From an uncultured delta proteobacterium (GTDB lineage Bacteria; Myxococcota; Kuafuiibacteriia; Kuafuiibacteriales; Kuafuiibacteriaceae): a DNA stretch of 64,000 bases. The position numbers were made by a program, and so were the translations under genes. Every line of letters starts with the position of its first letter. Within the stretch, counting starts at the first letter, position 1. Below, piece after piece: positions 39,208 to 49,359 of the stretch. A model generated the notes under the pieces. The model was not told the origin of the DNA. It did no database searches and saw only the letters and a list, made by a program, of their open reading frames with translations. The stretch spans positions 2,368,001 through 2,432,000 of the forward strand of contig CAWDML010000001.1 of NCBI GenBank assembly GCA_963803435.1, in the 5' to 3' direction.

Positions 39208-41760
39208 CTACCGCCCGAAGATCCCGGTCAGCCAGCTCCAGACGCCCTTGGGGCGGTTCGCGTCTTCCTTCATCCGGGCGAGCTCGGCGTGGGTGAGTTG
39301 GGGGGGAAGGTCGAGCTTGCTGCGGAGGTCTTCCGGGGTGTCCTTGGTGCCGAATTGGGCTTCGACGGCTTTTCCGGTGCGGGTCTCGCGGGCGCTGAGG
39401 CGGAGGATGCACTCCTCGTTGATCTCGAGCTCGATGTCGACGGAGACGCCGCCGCGGGGGGCCTTGGGGAGGTTGGGGACGTGGAGCATGCCGAGGGGCT
39501 CGTTGTGTTGGACCCAGTCGTCTTCGCCTTGGAAGACGAGGATGTCGAAGGCCTTCTGGTGGTCGCGGGTGGTGTGGAGCGTGTACCTGCGTTTGACGGG
39601 GAGGCGGGTGTCGCGCTCGATGATCCGCTTGAAGCGGCCGCCGGGGAGGCCGACGCCGATCGACATGGGGAGCGCGTCGATCAGGACGATGTTGTCGAAG
39701 GTGCCGAGGGAGCCGGCGTATTGGGCGGCACCGAGGGCGACGGCGTAGTCGGGGTGGACGGAGGAGAGGGGCTGGCGGCCGAAGAGCTCGGCGACCTTGC
39801 GGCGGACCAGGGGGGTGCGGGTCTGGCCGCCGACCAGCAGGATATCGTGGACCTGAGAGAGCTTCACGCGGGCGCGGCGGCAGACCTCTTCGACCACGCG
39901 GAGGGTGCGGTCGACGAGGGGCTCGAAGGCTTGCTCCACCCTGGCCTGCTTGATCGGGACGGTGAGGCTGCGGGCGGCGTAGGGGTGCACGACCAGGTGC
40001 TCGATCTGGATCAGCGTGCTGACCATGGTGCTGAGATCGCGCTTGGCGCGCTCTGCGTAGTGGAGGAGCCGCGCGACGGCGAGCTGATCGGTCCGGGGAT
40101 CGATGTGTTCCTTCTCGACGAACGACTCCGCGAGCATCTCGGCGATACAGGCGTCGAAGTCGATGCCGCCGAGGAAGCTGTCGCCGCCGGTGGCGAGGAC
40201 CTCGTAGACCTGGCCGGTCACCTCGAGCAGGGAGACGTCGAAGGTGCCTCCGCCGAGGTCGTAGACGAGGAGCTTGCGGCCGTCGAAGGCCTGGTTGTAG
40301 CCGTAGTGGAGCGCCGCGGCGGTCGGCTCGTTGAGGACACGCTCGACGTGGAAGCCGGCCAGCTCGCCGGCCACGCGCACCGCTTCGCGCTGGCGCTCGT
40401 TGAAGTACGCGGGGCAGGTGATGACGGCGCGATTGACGCGGCCCTCGATCTGGAGACTGGCCGCTTCGCGGAGCTCGCGGAGGATGTCGGCTGCGACCTC
40501 CTCGAGCAGGAGCACGCGATCGTCGACCCGGATCGCCGCCTCGCCGTTTTCACCCTGGACGATCTCGTATGCGAAGTGGTCGCGCACCTCCTGGACGAGG
40601 GGCGAGTGGAAGGCGCGGCCCATGAGGCGCTTCGAACCCACGATCGCGCGCGACGCGTCGCTCTCGCCCTTCTTGATCGCGGCGTCTCCGATGATCGTGC
40701 GACCCGACTTGTCGTAATAGACGACGGACGGGATCGTCGGCTTGCCGCGCCGGGTCGCGAGGACACGCGCCTCGCCGTTCTCGACCATGGCGGCACACGA
40801 GAACGTGGTCCCCAGATCGATCCCGATGACGACGTCGCCCTTCGGTCCCAGCTCCTTCGCGCGGGCGATGCGCTTCTCGCTCCGCGATCGCGGTGCAGGC
40901 ACGGGCACCGGCGCGCGAAGCAACGTCTCCGAGATCGAGAGATCGTCGGCGAGATTCCGCGAGTTGGGACGGGGCGGAGGCGGGGGCGTGGGCGCCGGCG
41001 GGGCGAGCAGCTCGGCGTCGGCCTCGGGAAGATCCTCCGATTCGGGTCGCTTCTTTCCCCGGAGGATGGCGTCGGCCTCTTCGACGTCGGAGATCGTCTC
41101 GTCGATCAGCTTCTGGAAGTCGTGGGCCAGCGCCTCGCTCTCACCGGGCGGCGGCTCCAGCTCGAACACGGGAAGGCCGGCCGGCCCGACCGGGGCCAGC
41201 TCGGGCAGGGCGAGCTCGTCCTCGTCATCGATGAGGGCAATGCCGGCGTCGGAGAGCTCGGGGACATCGATGTCGATATCGACGTCATCGGGCTGGAGCC
41301 ACGACGGCCCCTCCTCCGGTTCCTCGTCGTCTATCTCGAAGGAGGGTTCGGTCTCGAGGACGTCGCTCACGTCGAAGTTCGGCGGCGCGAGCAGCGGCGC
41401 CTCGCCGGTGAAGAGCGCATCGGCCCAGCTGTTGGGGCGCGGCTTGGGTACCTTCACGGCAGGGGCCGGCTCGGCAGTGGTGAGGATCCGATCCACGAGC
41501 GACCGGCTGTCGGCTTCCCATTCGACATCGACCACGACGCCGTGGCCGCCCTCGGTCCGGACGTCGGCGACCGATCCACCGCCGCGCAGGGCCGTCTCAC
41601 CCGTGCGATAGCTCACTTCCACCCGCACCGGCGTCTGAACGGCGATGGGGTGATCCGTCTCGATGAAGATGCTGTGGGCCGTGAGGCGGTCCCGAAGGTC
41701 CGCCAGAAGGGCTTCGAATCCGTCGCCTTCGACGGTGACCGCCAACCGAACCGGAGCCAT
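39208..41760 (-). CDS. Hsp70/DnaK-like protein with N-terminal PilZ-like (TIGR02266-type) domain and acidic linker; no C-terminal lid
   Basis: GIDLGTT, TCPAYFNERQR, NEPTAAAL, YDLGGGTFD, LVGGQTR; N-terminal IFIETDHPIAVQTPVRVEV. Confidence 0.92.
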   Translation of the reverse strand: MAPVRLAVTVEGDGFEALLADLRDRLTAHSIFIETDHPIAVQTPVRVEVSYRTGETALRGGGSVADVRTEGGHGVVVDVEWEADSRSLVDRILTTAEPAPAVKVPKPRPNSWADALFTGEAPLLAPPNFDVSDVLETEPSFEIDDEEPEEGPSWLQPDDVDIDIDVPELSDAGIALIDDEDELALPELAPVGPAGLPVFELEPPPGESEALAHDFQKLIDETISDVEEADAILRGKKRPESEDLPEADAELLAPPAPTPPPPPRPNSRNLADDLSISETLLRAPVPVPAPRSRSEKRIARAKELGPKGDVVIGIDLGTTFSCAAMVENGEARVLATRRGKPTIPSVVYYDKSGRTIIGDAAIKKGESDASRAIVGSKRLMGRAFHSPLVQEVRDHFAYEIVQGENGEAAIRVDDRVLLLEEVAADILRELREAASLQIEGRVNRAVITCPAYFNERQREAVRVAGELAGFHVERVLNEPTAAALHYGYNQAFDGRKLLVYDLGGGTFDVSLLEVTGQVYEVLATGGDSFLGGIDFDACIAEMLAESFVEKEHIDPRTDQLAVARLLHYAERAKRDLSTMVSTLIQIEHLVVHPYAARSLTVPIKQARVEQAFEPLVDRTLRVVEEVCRRARVKLSQVHDILLVGGQTRTPLVRRKVAELFGRQPLSSVHPDYAVALGAAQYAGSLGTFDNIVLIDALPMSIGVGLPGGRFKRIIERDTRLPVKRRYTLHTTRDHQKAFDILVFQGEDDWVQHNEPLGMLHVPNLPKAPRGGVSVDIELEINEECILRLSARETRTGKAVEAQFGTKDTPEDLRSKLDLPPQLTHAELARMKEDANRPKGVWSWLTGIFGR

Positions 41761-41861
41761 CGGACCGAGTATGCGGCGTCTCCGTAGCCCAAACCAGTAT
41801 GCCACGGCAGATCGGCCCGATGAGGGACGTACAACCACCGGCAGATGGGCGAGATTCGACG

Positions 41862-43712
41862 ATGATGCGGCCGAGAAGAGCCTGGAGCGTGCTGGTCCCC
41901 TGGATGGTGGGACTGGCTGCGTGCGGTGGGGACCAGCGGCGCCCGCCCTCGATGATGGAGCCGGGGACCTGCGGCGACGGCACCATCGACCGGGGTGAGA
42001 CGTGCGACTCGAACCAGAGCGGTTGCGCCACGCCCGACGGCGCCGCGGGCGTCGCCAACTGCAAGTCCGATTGCTCCGGCTTCGGTGAGTGCGTTCCGAA
42101 CATCACGCCGGCGTGCGGCAACGCCACGCGCGAAGGCGGTGAAAGCTGCGATTCCGACAGCCTCGCGTGCACCACTCCCGAGGGCTATCCGGGGACACAG
42201 CTCTGCAACTCGGCTTGCACCGGCTACGACGGCTGTACCAGCAGCCTCTCCTGCGGCGACGGGATCTGCTCGGCCGGCATCGAGACCACGGCCGACTGCC
42301 CGCAGGACTGCATGTCCGGCGCCGCCAACGATCGGACGCGAGAGTCGGGCGTGGTGATTCGGGTCCGGAGCGAGGAGCAAGGTTTCCTGCGCAACAACCT
42401 CATCGACGACAATCCGAGCACCGCCTGGCGTGACTCCGCCAACGTCAGCTGGATCGAGATCGACTTCAGCGGCACCAGCGCAGGCGCGTACACCATCAGC
42501 GACTTCTCGTTCACCTCGGCGTCCGACAACCCCAGCGCAGATCCCGCGTGGTGGACGCTGATCGCCTCGAACGGCAACGGCCAGTGGGACACGCTCAACA
42601 ACGCCGGCGCCTCGTTCGACCAGCGCGGCGAGCGGCAGACGTTCAGCATCGCCAACCCCGGCTCGTACCGCGTCTATCGCTTCGATCTTGGGAATCACGG
42701 CGCCGCCTTCACGCAGGTGGGAGAGATCGAGCTGCTCGAGTCGGGTCCCGCCGTCTGCGGCAACGGGACGGTCGACGGCACCGAGGTCTGCGACAGCAAC
42801 ACGCGGAACTGCACCGCGCCCAGCGGCTACCCCGGCTCCGAGCGTTGCAACCCCGGTTGCGACGGCTACCAGGGCTGCACCACCAGCCTCTACTGCGGCG
42901 ACGGCGCCTGCTCACCCGGTCCGGAGAACAGCACCACCTGCCCGCAGGATTGTCCGCTCAGCAACTATCCTCCGCCGCCGGTCTATCCGGGCACCTGCCC
43001 GACGCTGATGCCCGGCAACAACACGATCGACTCCCTCAACCATCAGCGGCAGTTCGAGCTGCGGCTGCCGCCGAACCCGGTGGGCGCGCCGGTGGTCTTC
43101 GCCTGGCACGCGCTCAACGCCACGCCGCAGGATGCGATGAACTGGCCCGGCCTCGACGCGCTCTACGGTTCGGGAGGCTTCATCCTGGTGGCGCCCTACT
43201 CCTGCTGCGCCTCGGAGTGGGTGATCGGCGGGGATCCGAACAACAACCCGGATCTCTCGATTTTCGACGACGTGCTGGCGTGTCTCTATCTCCAGTACAA
43301 CGTGGATCTCGATCGCATCTACGCGACCGGGTTCTCGGCGGGCGGCCTCTACACCAGCTATCTCCTCCAGCAGCGCTCCGGTCGACTCGCCGCGGCCGCG
43401 CCGTTCTCCGGCGGGCTGCTCGGCCAGTACACCCGGCCCCAGTTCGATCTGCCGGTCATGTTCACCTGGGGTGGCCCCACCGACATGTACGGGAGCTTCT
43501 CGTTCGAGACGGCCACCTTGAACCTCTCGGCGGCGCTCCGGAACGACGGCCACTTCGTGATCCACTGCGCCGGCAATCACAGCCACACGCTCCCGAGCGA
43601 CTCGGGCGCGTGGACCTGGCGATTCTTCCAGGATCACCCGCGCGGCATCGCGCCGGAGCCGTACGCGGGCGGGCTCCCGAGCGCGCTGCCGGGGTACTGC
43701 ACGATCCCCTAG
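41862..43712 (+). CDS. Lipoprotein with Cys-rich myxobacterial repeats, discoidin/F5-8-like module and C-terminal alpha/beta-hydrolase (PHB depolymerase/esterase-like)
   Basis: Lipobox LAAC; CGDG/CGN...E.CD repeats; RIYATGFSAGG nucleophile elbow, TWGGPTD and HSH. Confidence 0.85.
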   Translation: MMRPRRAWSVLVPWMVGLAACGGDQRRPPSMMEPGTCGDGTIDRGETCDSNQSGCATPDGAAGVANCKSDCSGFGECVPNITPACGNATREGGESCDSDSLACTTPEGYPGTQLCNSACTGYDGCTSSLSCGDGICSAGIETTADCPQDCMSGAANDRTRESGVVIRVRSEEQGFLRNNLIDDNPSTAWRDSANVSWIEIDFSGTSAGAYTISDFSFTSASDNPSADPAWWTLIASNGNGQWDTLNNAGASFDQRGERQTFSIANPGSYRVYRFDLGNHGAAFTQVGEIELLESGPAVCGNGTVDGTEVCDSNTRNCTAPSGYPGSERCNPGCDGYQGCTTSLYCGDGACSPGPENSTTCPQDCPLSNYPPPPVYPGTCPTLMPGNNTIDSLNHQRQFELRLPPNPVGAPVVFAWHALNATPQDAMNWPGLDALYGSGGFILVAPYSCCASEWVIGGDPNNNPDLSIFDDVLACLYLQYNVDLDRIYATGFSAGGLYTSYLLQQRSGRLAAAAPFSGGLLGQYTRPQFDLPVMFTWGGPTDMYGSFSFETATLNLSAALRNDGHFVIHCAGNHSHTLPSDSGAWTWRFFQDHPRGIAPEPYAGGLPSALPGYCTIP

Positions 43713-44071
43713 GAGCGTGTAGCGCGTAGCGCTACCGCGAGCCCGGTCCGGGTCCCGGTCCCGGTCCCGGTCCCGATGGCGGCTTGGAGCTTCTGCTCGT
43801 TGGCGAGTCGGCGCCTCAAGCAGGTGTGGAGTGAGGCGGCGCTTTCGGTGCCAGGGCGAAGTGCCATCCGGTAGAAGCGAGCCTTCTCAGGTGGATTGAA
43901 CTCTCCGGCGCCCTCGGCGGTGTTGTTCACGATGGAATCGGATGCCCGCCGAAGCTGATCGCGGACGTGAGCGTGACCGGGTTGCAGTTCTTGTGCGATC
44001 TCTTCAGCGATGTCGGCATACTCGACGGCGAGCTGGTAGGCCTCGAGCTTCTCGTGATCGAAAGCGACCAT
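43709..44071 (-). pseudogene. Four-helix-bundle protein (23S rRNA IVP/Avd-like) with the C-terminal helix deleted
   Basis: FDHEKLEAYQLA, DQLRRASDSIVNNTAEG, KARFY.MA; the missing tail is present in copy B (54627-54725). Confidence 0.85.
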
Positions 44072-44189
44072 GCAAGCTAGCTTGCGGTAGCTCGTCCACT
44101 TTGACCAGCGGAGTTCTTGGAGGTCGTTTCGTCTGGAATCGATCGTTGGGCGGATCGACTTCGACGCCTGGACTTGATCCCATGGTTTC

Positions 44190-44405
44190 GTGGCGAAGCA
44201 ATACCGTTCTTGGACTCCGAGACAATCGTTCTTGCTCCCGCCGTCCCCTCTCGAGTGGCTCCCAGAAAATCATCTCGCGTACTTCGTCTTGGACGTCGTC
44301 GATGAGGTAGAGCTGAGCGCGATCGAGATCTCGATCCAGTCCAAGGACCCGCGAGGCGAGCGACCGTACTCGCCTCGAATGATGATCGCGCTGCTTCTCA
44401 TCGGT
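44190..44405 (+). pseudogene. IS1182 family transposase, N-terminal fragment
   Basis: QSFLLPPSPLEWLPENHLAYFVLDVVD...GERPYSPRMMIALL (DUF772-type); similarity ends near 44405. Confidence 0.88.
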
Positions 44406-44477
44406 GCTGCAAGTGCAACGCGCGGACCAGGCCGTCGCGGGTGCGGAGCCGTTCCCTGGGAGGCATTCGACTTCCCA

Positions 44478-45611
44478 TCATGGGAAGTCGAGCTCGACGT
44501 CGAGCCCGACCGAGCCCGGCGCCGCCACCGCGCCGAGGCGCGCGGGCGCGACGTCGGCACCGAGGATCCACCACAGCACCGCGCCGGCGGCCAGCGCGCC
44601 GGCCCCGGAGAAGCCGACCACCGCGGCGGTCGCCTCCTCGTTCGCGCGCGCTCGCAGGCGCACAGCCTCGATCATCGAGAGACCGACGACCACGCCGCCC
44701 CTGTCCGTCGCGGCGCGCCGAACCGTCCCTCGGTTCGCCTGAGCGAGCGCGAACAGGAGCGCGCCGGCGCCGCCTGCGAGCAGCGCGGCGCTGCCGAGCA
44801 CGATCGGTCCGGCGTGGGCAGCGCTCGGGGTCCGAAGCGACAGCGCGCGCTCTCGGGGAAGCTCGCGGCGCGCGATCGGATCGAGGATCCTTCCGAGCGC
44901 CAGCGCCCGCCCCTCGCCGATCCGGACCAGCTTCGCCTGGGGGCCGGCTTCGGTCTCCGCGCGGATCCGATAGGAGCCGGCCGGCAGCGCGATCGAGAGC
45001 TGGGCCAGCGGGCTGCGAATGGGGCGGTCGTTCACGAAGAGCGCGCGGATCTCCGGGGCCCGCGCGGTGGGTTCGAGCGAGAGCACCGCCTCGTGCTCGA
45101 GGCGTACCTCCGGGCGCCGGTCGACGTCGATGCGGCGCGCGCGAACGGCGGTGAAGAAGACCAGGACGGCGCGCCGGCCTTGGGAGAGCTCGAGCAGATG
45201 CGGGCCCACGGGGATCTCGGTCTCGCGGCCGACGGCGATCGGGTCTCCGTCGAGAAACGCGCGCGCGTCGGGCGAGGTGACCTCCAGCCAGGCCTCTTCG
45301 AGCTTGGGCCGGAGCACCGCGAGGCGCTGGCGATCCAGCTCGACGAGCGGCGGTTTCGTGGCCGGATCGTCGAGCACGCGGGCGTAGGCAACCGCCGCCT
45401 CGTCGTAGCGTCCGAGGTCCTCGAGGGTCCGGCCGATGTTGTTGAGCAGCTCCGGAATGGGCCGCACCTGGTACGCCTCGCGGAGGAGGGAGAGCGTGCC
45501 TCCGGCATCACCCGCCCGGCGCGCGTCGGCGGCGCGTCGCAAGAGATCGTCGAAGTCGGCTCCCCACGCGCGCGAAGCTGTGATCAGGATCAGGGTCGCG
45601 AGAACGCGCAC
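44478..45611 (-). CDS. TPR/PEGA-domain exported protein
   Basis: Signal peptide, LREAYQVRPIPELLNNIGRTLEDLGR TPR, PEGA-like segment, C-terminal hydrophobic helices. Confidence 0.8.
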   Translation of the reverse strand: MRVLATLILITASRAWGADFDDLLRRAADARRAGDAGGTLSLLREAYQVRPIPELLNNIGRTLEDLGRYDEAAVAYARVLDDPATKPPLVELDRQRLAVLRPKLEEAWLEVTSPDARAFLDGDPIAVGRETEIPVGPHLLELSQGRRAVLVFFTAVRARRIDVDRRPEVRLEHEAVLSLEPTARAPEIRALFVNDRPIRSPLAQLSIALPAGSYRIRAETEAGPQAKLVRIGEGRALALGRILDPIARRELPRERALSLRTPSAAHAGPIVLGSAALLAGGAGALLFALAQANRGTVRRAATDRGGVVVGLSMIEAVRLRARANEEATAAVVGFSGAGALAAGAVLWWILGADVAPARLGAVAAPGSVGLDVELDFP

Positions 45612-45683
45612 AACGGATCACCTGGAACCGTAACCCATTGATGTGCCACTGGCGATGGCCTTCTGCTAACGTCGATTCGCCGC

Positions 45684-47586
45684 GTGACTGGTTCCGGCCG
45701 CCTATGTCCGCTCTGCAACGAGACCCTCGGTGCAGACTTCTGCCCGACCCACGGAGTGCCGACGCTGGTGATCGCCGAGCTGGAAGGGCCACCCGCGCCG
45801 ATCGAGCTCGGCACCGTGATCGGAGGTCGCTACCGGATCGAGCGGCTCCTGAGTCAGGGCGGGATGGGCGCCGTCCTGATCGCCACGCAGCTCGGCATCG
45901 GTCGCACCGTGGTGGTCAAGGTGGTCAAGACCGCCAAGGACGCCCTGCTCAACCACCTGCGGCGCTTCTATCGCGAGGCGATCGCGATGAGCCGCCTCAA
46001 CCATCCCAACATCGTCCGCGTCCACGAGTTCGGCGTCGACCTTCCCACCCGCACGCCGTTCCTGATCATGGAGCACGTCGAGGGACGGACGCTGCGCGAC
46101 ATCGTCGATGAGGAGGGGCCTCTCCCGGAGCGGCGGGCGGCGCGCTTGCTCGGGCAGGTGGCGCGCGCGCTCTTCGAGGCCCACAACCACGGCGTGCTCC
46201 ATCGCGATCTCAAGCCGCGCAACATCATGGTGCGGTCGCTCGCCGACGGCGACGAGCTGATCAAGGTGCTGGACTTCGGCCTGGCCAAGATCGCGGAGGA
46301 CGACAACCCGCAGCCGCCGCTGACCCAGCCGGGCAAGACGATCGGGACGCCCTCGTACATGAGCCCCGAGCAGGTGGTGAGCGCGGAACAGGACGGCCGC
46401 ACCGACCTCTACGGTCTCGGCTGCGTCCTCCACATGGTGCTGACCGGCGCCGCGCCCTTCGTCGGCACCGATCTGATCGACACGATGCGGATGCACCTCA
46501 ACAAGGCGCCGCCACCCCTGCCGGAGCGCCTGTCGGACGGCCAGCCGCCGAGCGACCTCCTGTGCTCGCTGTACGGGCGACTGCTCGCGAAGCGCAAGAC
46601 CGACCGACCCGAGAGCGCCGCGGAGGTAGCGCGCGATTTGATGACCATCGCCGAGGGCCGCCTCGAGATCCCGAAGATCCAGCCGCTGCCCCACGTCGAT
46701 CGGGAGCGGGACGTCATCACCACGCCGTCGGCGCACGGCCTCGAGGACTCGGACGCACTGGTGACGATCCCGGCGGAGGGGACTCTCCTGACGGAGCTCG
46801 GAGGCTCCCTCCCGGAGTCGCGAAACCTCGCCGACGAGCTGGGCTCGGGCGTCGGCGTCCGCGAGAAGACGGAGGACTCGATGCCGAGCCTGCCGCCCAC
46901 GCCGCCGGAGCCCCGCCGCCTGGGCAGGGCGCACTTCGTCTCTTCCTCCGGAGACAACGAGGAATGGACCACCGTGCTCCCCTCCTCGCTCAATCCGGCC
47001 GACTCGGGCCTGACCCCGAACACGCCCTCGGAGCTCGAGCCCCCACCGCTCGAGCGGCCCGCACGCGCGACGCCATCGCGGCCCGAGCCTCTGCACCTCC
47101 AGGTCCCCGAGATGACCCAGGCCAAGACGCCGACGGGCATGATCGCGGGCGGAGCGGCGCTGCTCGTCGCGGGCATCGTGCTCGGCTTCCTCTACGCGCC
47201 CAAGGCCGAGACCGAGGTGCCGCCCCACGAGGAGGATCGCGGCCGATGCACCGCCGCCGCCCGCGCCGCCGCCGATGGTCACGGCGGTCCCCGCGCGGGC
47301 CGTGCTCCTCCAGTCGACGCCCAGCGGCGCCGCCGTCTTCTTCGCGAGCGATCTGCTGGGCAAGACGCCGCTCGAGGTGAAGCTCCCCAATCCCGGCGCC
47401 GAGCGCCACCTCAGCCTCGAGCTGGGCGGATTCGAGAGCGCGCACGTCATCCTCCAGGGCGACAGCCCGCACGTGATCCTGGTGCCCCTCGAGAAGATCA
47501 AGGAGCCCGAGAGCGCACAGAAGAAGAAGCGGAGAAAGCGGAAGAAGCACGACACCTCGGACGATCCGGAGGTCCCGGTATGGTGA
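45684..47586 (+). CDS. Ser/Thr protein kinase with TM helix and PEGA tail; frameshift near 47240
   Basis: GGMGAV, HRDLKPRN, DFG, GTPSYMSPEQ; the PEGA segment LQSTPSGAAV...LGKTP lies in the 47275-47586 frame. Confidence 0.9.
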
Positions 47587-48386
47587 GAGCGCGCGTGCTC
47601 GCGCTCGTCACCACCTGTGCCTGCTCCGCCGATCTCGGGATCGAAGCGACGCGATACCACTGCGACAACGACGCGCAGTGCGCCGCCGGTTACGCATGCG
47701 ATCCGGCGCTCGCGATCTGTACCGAGTCGAGCGAGAGACCCCGCGCGGACGCGGGCGAGCCCACCTGCGGGTTCGACGAGGACTTCAGCGACCTCGACGT
47801 CCAACGCTGGCGACTGAACGGGAGTGCCGCTGCGATCGAGGGCGGTGTCGAGCTCACGCCCGCAGAGCCCAATCGACGGGGCACGATCTGGTACACCCAC
47901 CGGATCGACGCCGAGCGCTTCCGGTTCGAGATGGTGTTCCGGATGTTCGACGGCGGCACGAGCGGCGGCGAGGGGATGACGATGGCGTGGATCGAGGAGG
48001 ACGCGGCCGCCAGCGGCGGGGGCGGCGCGAACCTCGGCGTCTACGGTCTGCACGGTTACGTGGTGGAGCTCGACACACTCTCCAACGTCGAAGGCGATCC
48101 GAACGCCGAGCACATCGCGTTCTCGCGCACGACCGGCGCGCTGTTACCCTCGGTCGACCGGTTCGGCGTCGTCACCGGACTCCCATCCCTCCGCAGCGCG
48201 AACGCGCGTACGCTCGCGGTCGACTTCGACGGCGCCGCGGTGCAGATCGCCCTCGACGGCGTGCAAGTCATGACGGCCACGGTGGCCGGCGACCGGCCGT
48301 TCAGCGCCACCTTCGGGGCCACAGCGGCGACGGGGGCGCGCTTCGACGCACACACCGTCCGGCGTCTGACGCTGACCTGTCGCTGA
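47580..48386 (+). CDS. Lipoprotein with L-type (legume) lectin-like domain
   Basis: Cys-rich N-terminus; WRLNGSA...ELTPAEPNRRGTIWY, GGEGMT, VELDT, FGATAATG. Confidence 0.8.
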   Translation: MVRARVLALVTTCACSADLGIEATRYHCDNDAQCAAGYACDPALAICTESSERPRADAGEPTCGFDEDFSDLDVQRWRLNGSAAAIEGGVELTPAEPNRRGTIWYTHRIDAERFRFEMVFRMFDGGTSGGEGMTMAWIEEDAAASGGGGANLGVYGLHGYVVELDTLSNVEGDPNAEHIAFSRTTGALLPSVDRFGVVTGLPSLRSANARTLAVDFDGAAVQIALDGVQVMTATVAGDRPFSATFGATAATGARFDAHTVRRLTLTCR

Positions 48387-48487
48387 CCTCGACCGGCCGA
48401 CTGTGACCCGGATCGCCCTGTGGCACCTCCGCCACCGGTGATACCGCGGACTGACCGGATCGCCCGCCTCTGCTACAAGAGGAGATC

Positions 48488-49339
48488 ATGGTCGCCCTCC
48501 CCGTCCACAGCAAGGAACTGCTCAACGCCCTCGGCCCGTCCGCGGACATCATCGGGACGCAGGTCGGTCAGCTCGACGCCGGCTCCCTCGACAAGCTCAA
48601 GAGGCTGCGCTCGGCCTACAGCATCCCGACCGCATCGCTCACCCGCTATCAGGCGGCCGCGGATCGATCGTCGGACCTCCCGCCCTTCGGCTTCAACCCG
48701 CACCCCAAAGACGCGCTTTCGAGCCTCGAAGAGTCGGTCGGCACCACCTATCACCGCGATCGCGTGGCCAAGCATCCGACCGCCAGGAACCGCTTCACCG
48801 CGCTGCTCGATCGCCACCAGCAGCGCGCTCAGGTTCTCGCGATGGCCATCAGGAAGCGCAGCGATCTGAGAACGGCGGTGGAGCGGATCGCCGTGGGACG
48901 GATCCTTCCCGACGGACGTAACGACGGCGTGCTCACCATCCAGACCAACAAGAAGGCGGCCGGCATGCAGAGCGCCGCGATGGTCGGTCAAAAGATCGAG
49001 CAGCAGGCGAGCCTGGCCACGCCGGAGCTCCTGAAGCAGTTCCTCGACCTCTATTACAACCAGGCGAGCTTCGGCCCCTTCGGCCTGTTCGCCAGCGGCA
49101 TGGAAGGCTTCAGCCTCGACGAGAGCAGCCTCGACGGCAGCAGCGACTACGGTGACAGCTCCGACTTCAGCAGCCCCACCTCGGTGGGCCAGTTCGATCA
49201 GAGCTCCGGCCTCGACACCGACATCCTCAAGCTGAAGCGGATGATCGACAAGAAGAGCCAGGCGACCGACCTCTTCAGCCAGACGCTGACCGCCTACAAC
49301 AACGCCGCGAAGAACATCATCGACAAGATGCGCGCGTAA
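48488..49339 (+). CDS. Hypothetical protein with T3SS needle/rod-like C-terminal helix
   Basis: RBS AGGAG; no signal peptide; C-terminus DILKLKRMIDKKSQATDLFSQTLTAYNNAAKNIIDKMRA. Confidence 0.7.
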   Translation: MVALPVHSKELLNALGPSADIIGTQVGQLDAGSLDKLKRLRSAYSIPTASLTRYQAAADRSSDLPPFGFNPHPKDALSSLEESVGTTYHRDRVAKHPTARNRFTALLDRHQQRAQVLAMAIRKRSDLRTAVERIAVGRILPDGRNDGVLTIQTNKKAAGMQSAAMVGQKIEQQASLATPELLKQFLDLYYNQASFGPFGLFASGMEGFSLDESSLDGSSDYGDSSDFSSPTSVGQFDQSSGLDTDILKLKRMIDKKSQATDLFSQTLTAYNNAAKNIIDKMRA

Positions 49340-49359
49340 GACCGCCGGCCCTTTCCGAG

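Larger units (their letters stand above)
43709..44405. mobile_element. Truncated IS1182-family/four-helix-bundle element, copy A (left end only)
   Basis: 43709-43781 is identical to 54554-54626; contains a four-helix-bundle gene and a transposase N-terminus; no right end seen. Confidence 0.85.

Noticed and set aside
43741-43777. GGTCCC tandem hexamers (also near 54590 and 55385) as a CRISPR array or coding GT repeat
   Set aside because: No spacers or cas genes; the hexamers are part of the element's terminal inverted repeats.
43709-44071. Diversity-generating retroelement suggested by the Avd-like four-helix bundle
   Set aside because: No reverse transcriptase and no template/variable repeat pair with adenine-specific mismatches in the window.
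45684-48386. 900-aa kinase-lectin fusion shown in the ORF track
   Set aside because: Artefact of an indel near 47240: the kinase PEGA tail is in another frame ending at 47586 and the lectin gene has its own ATG at 47580.
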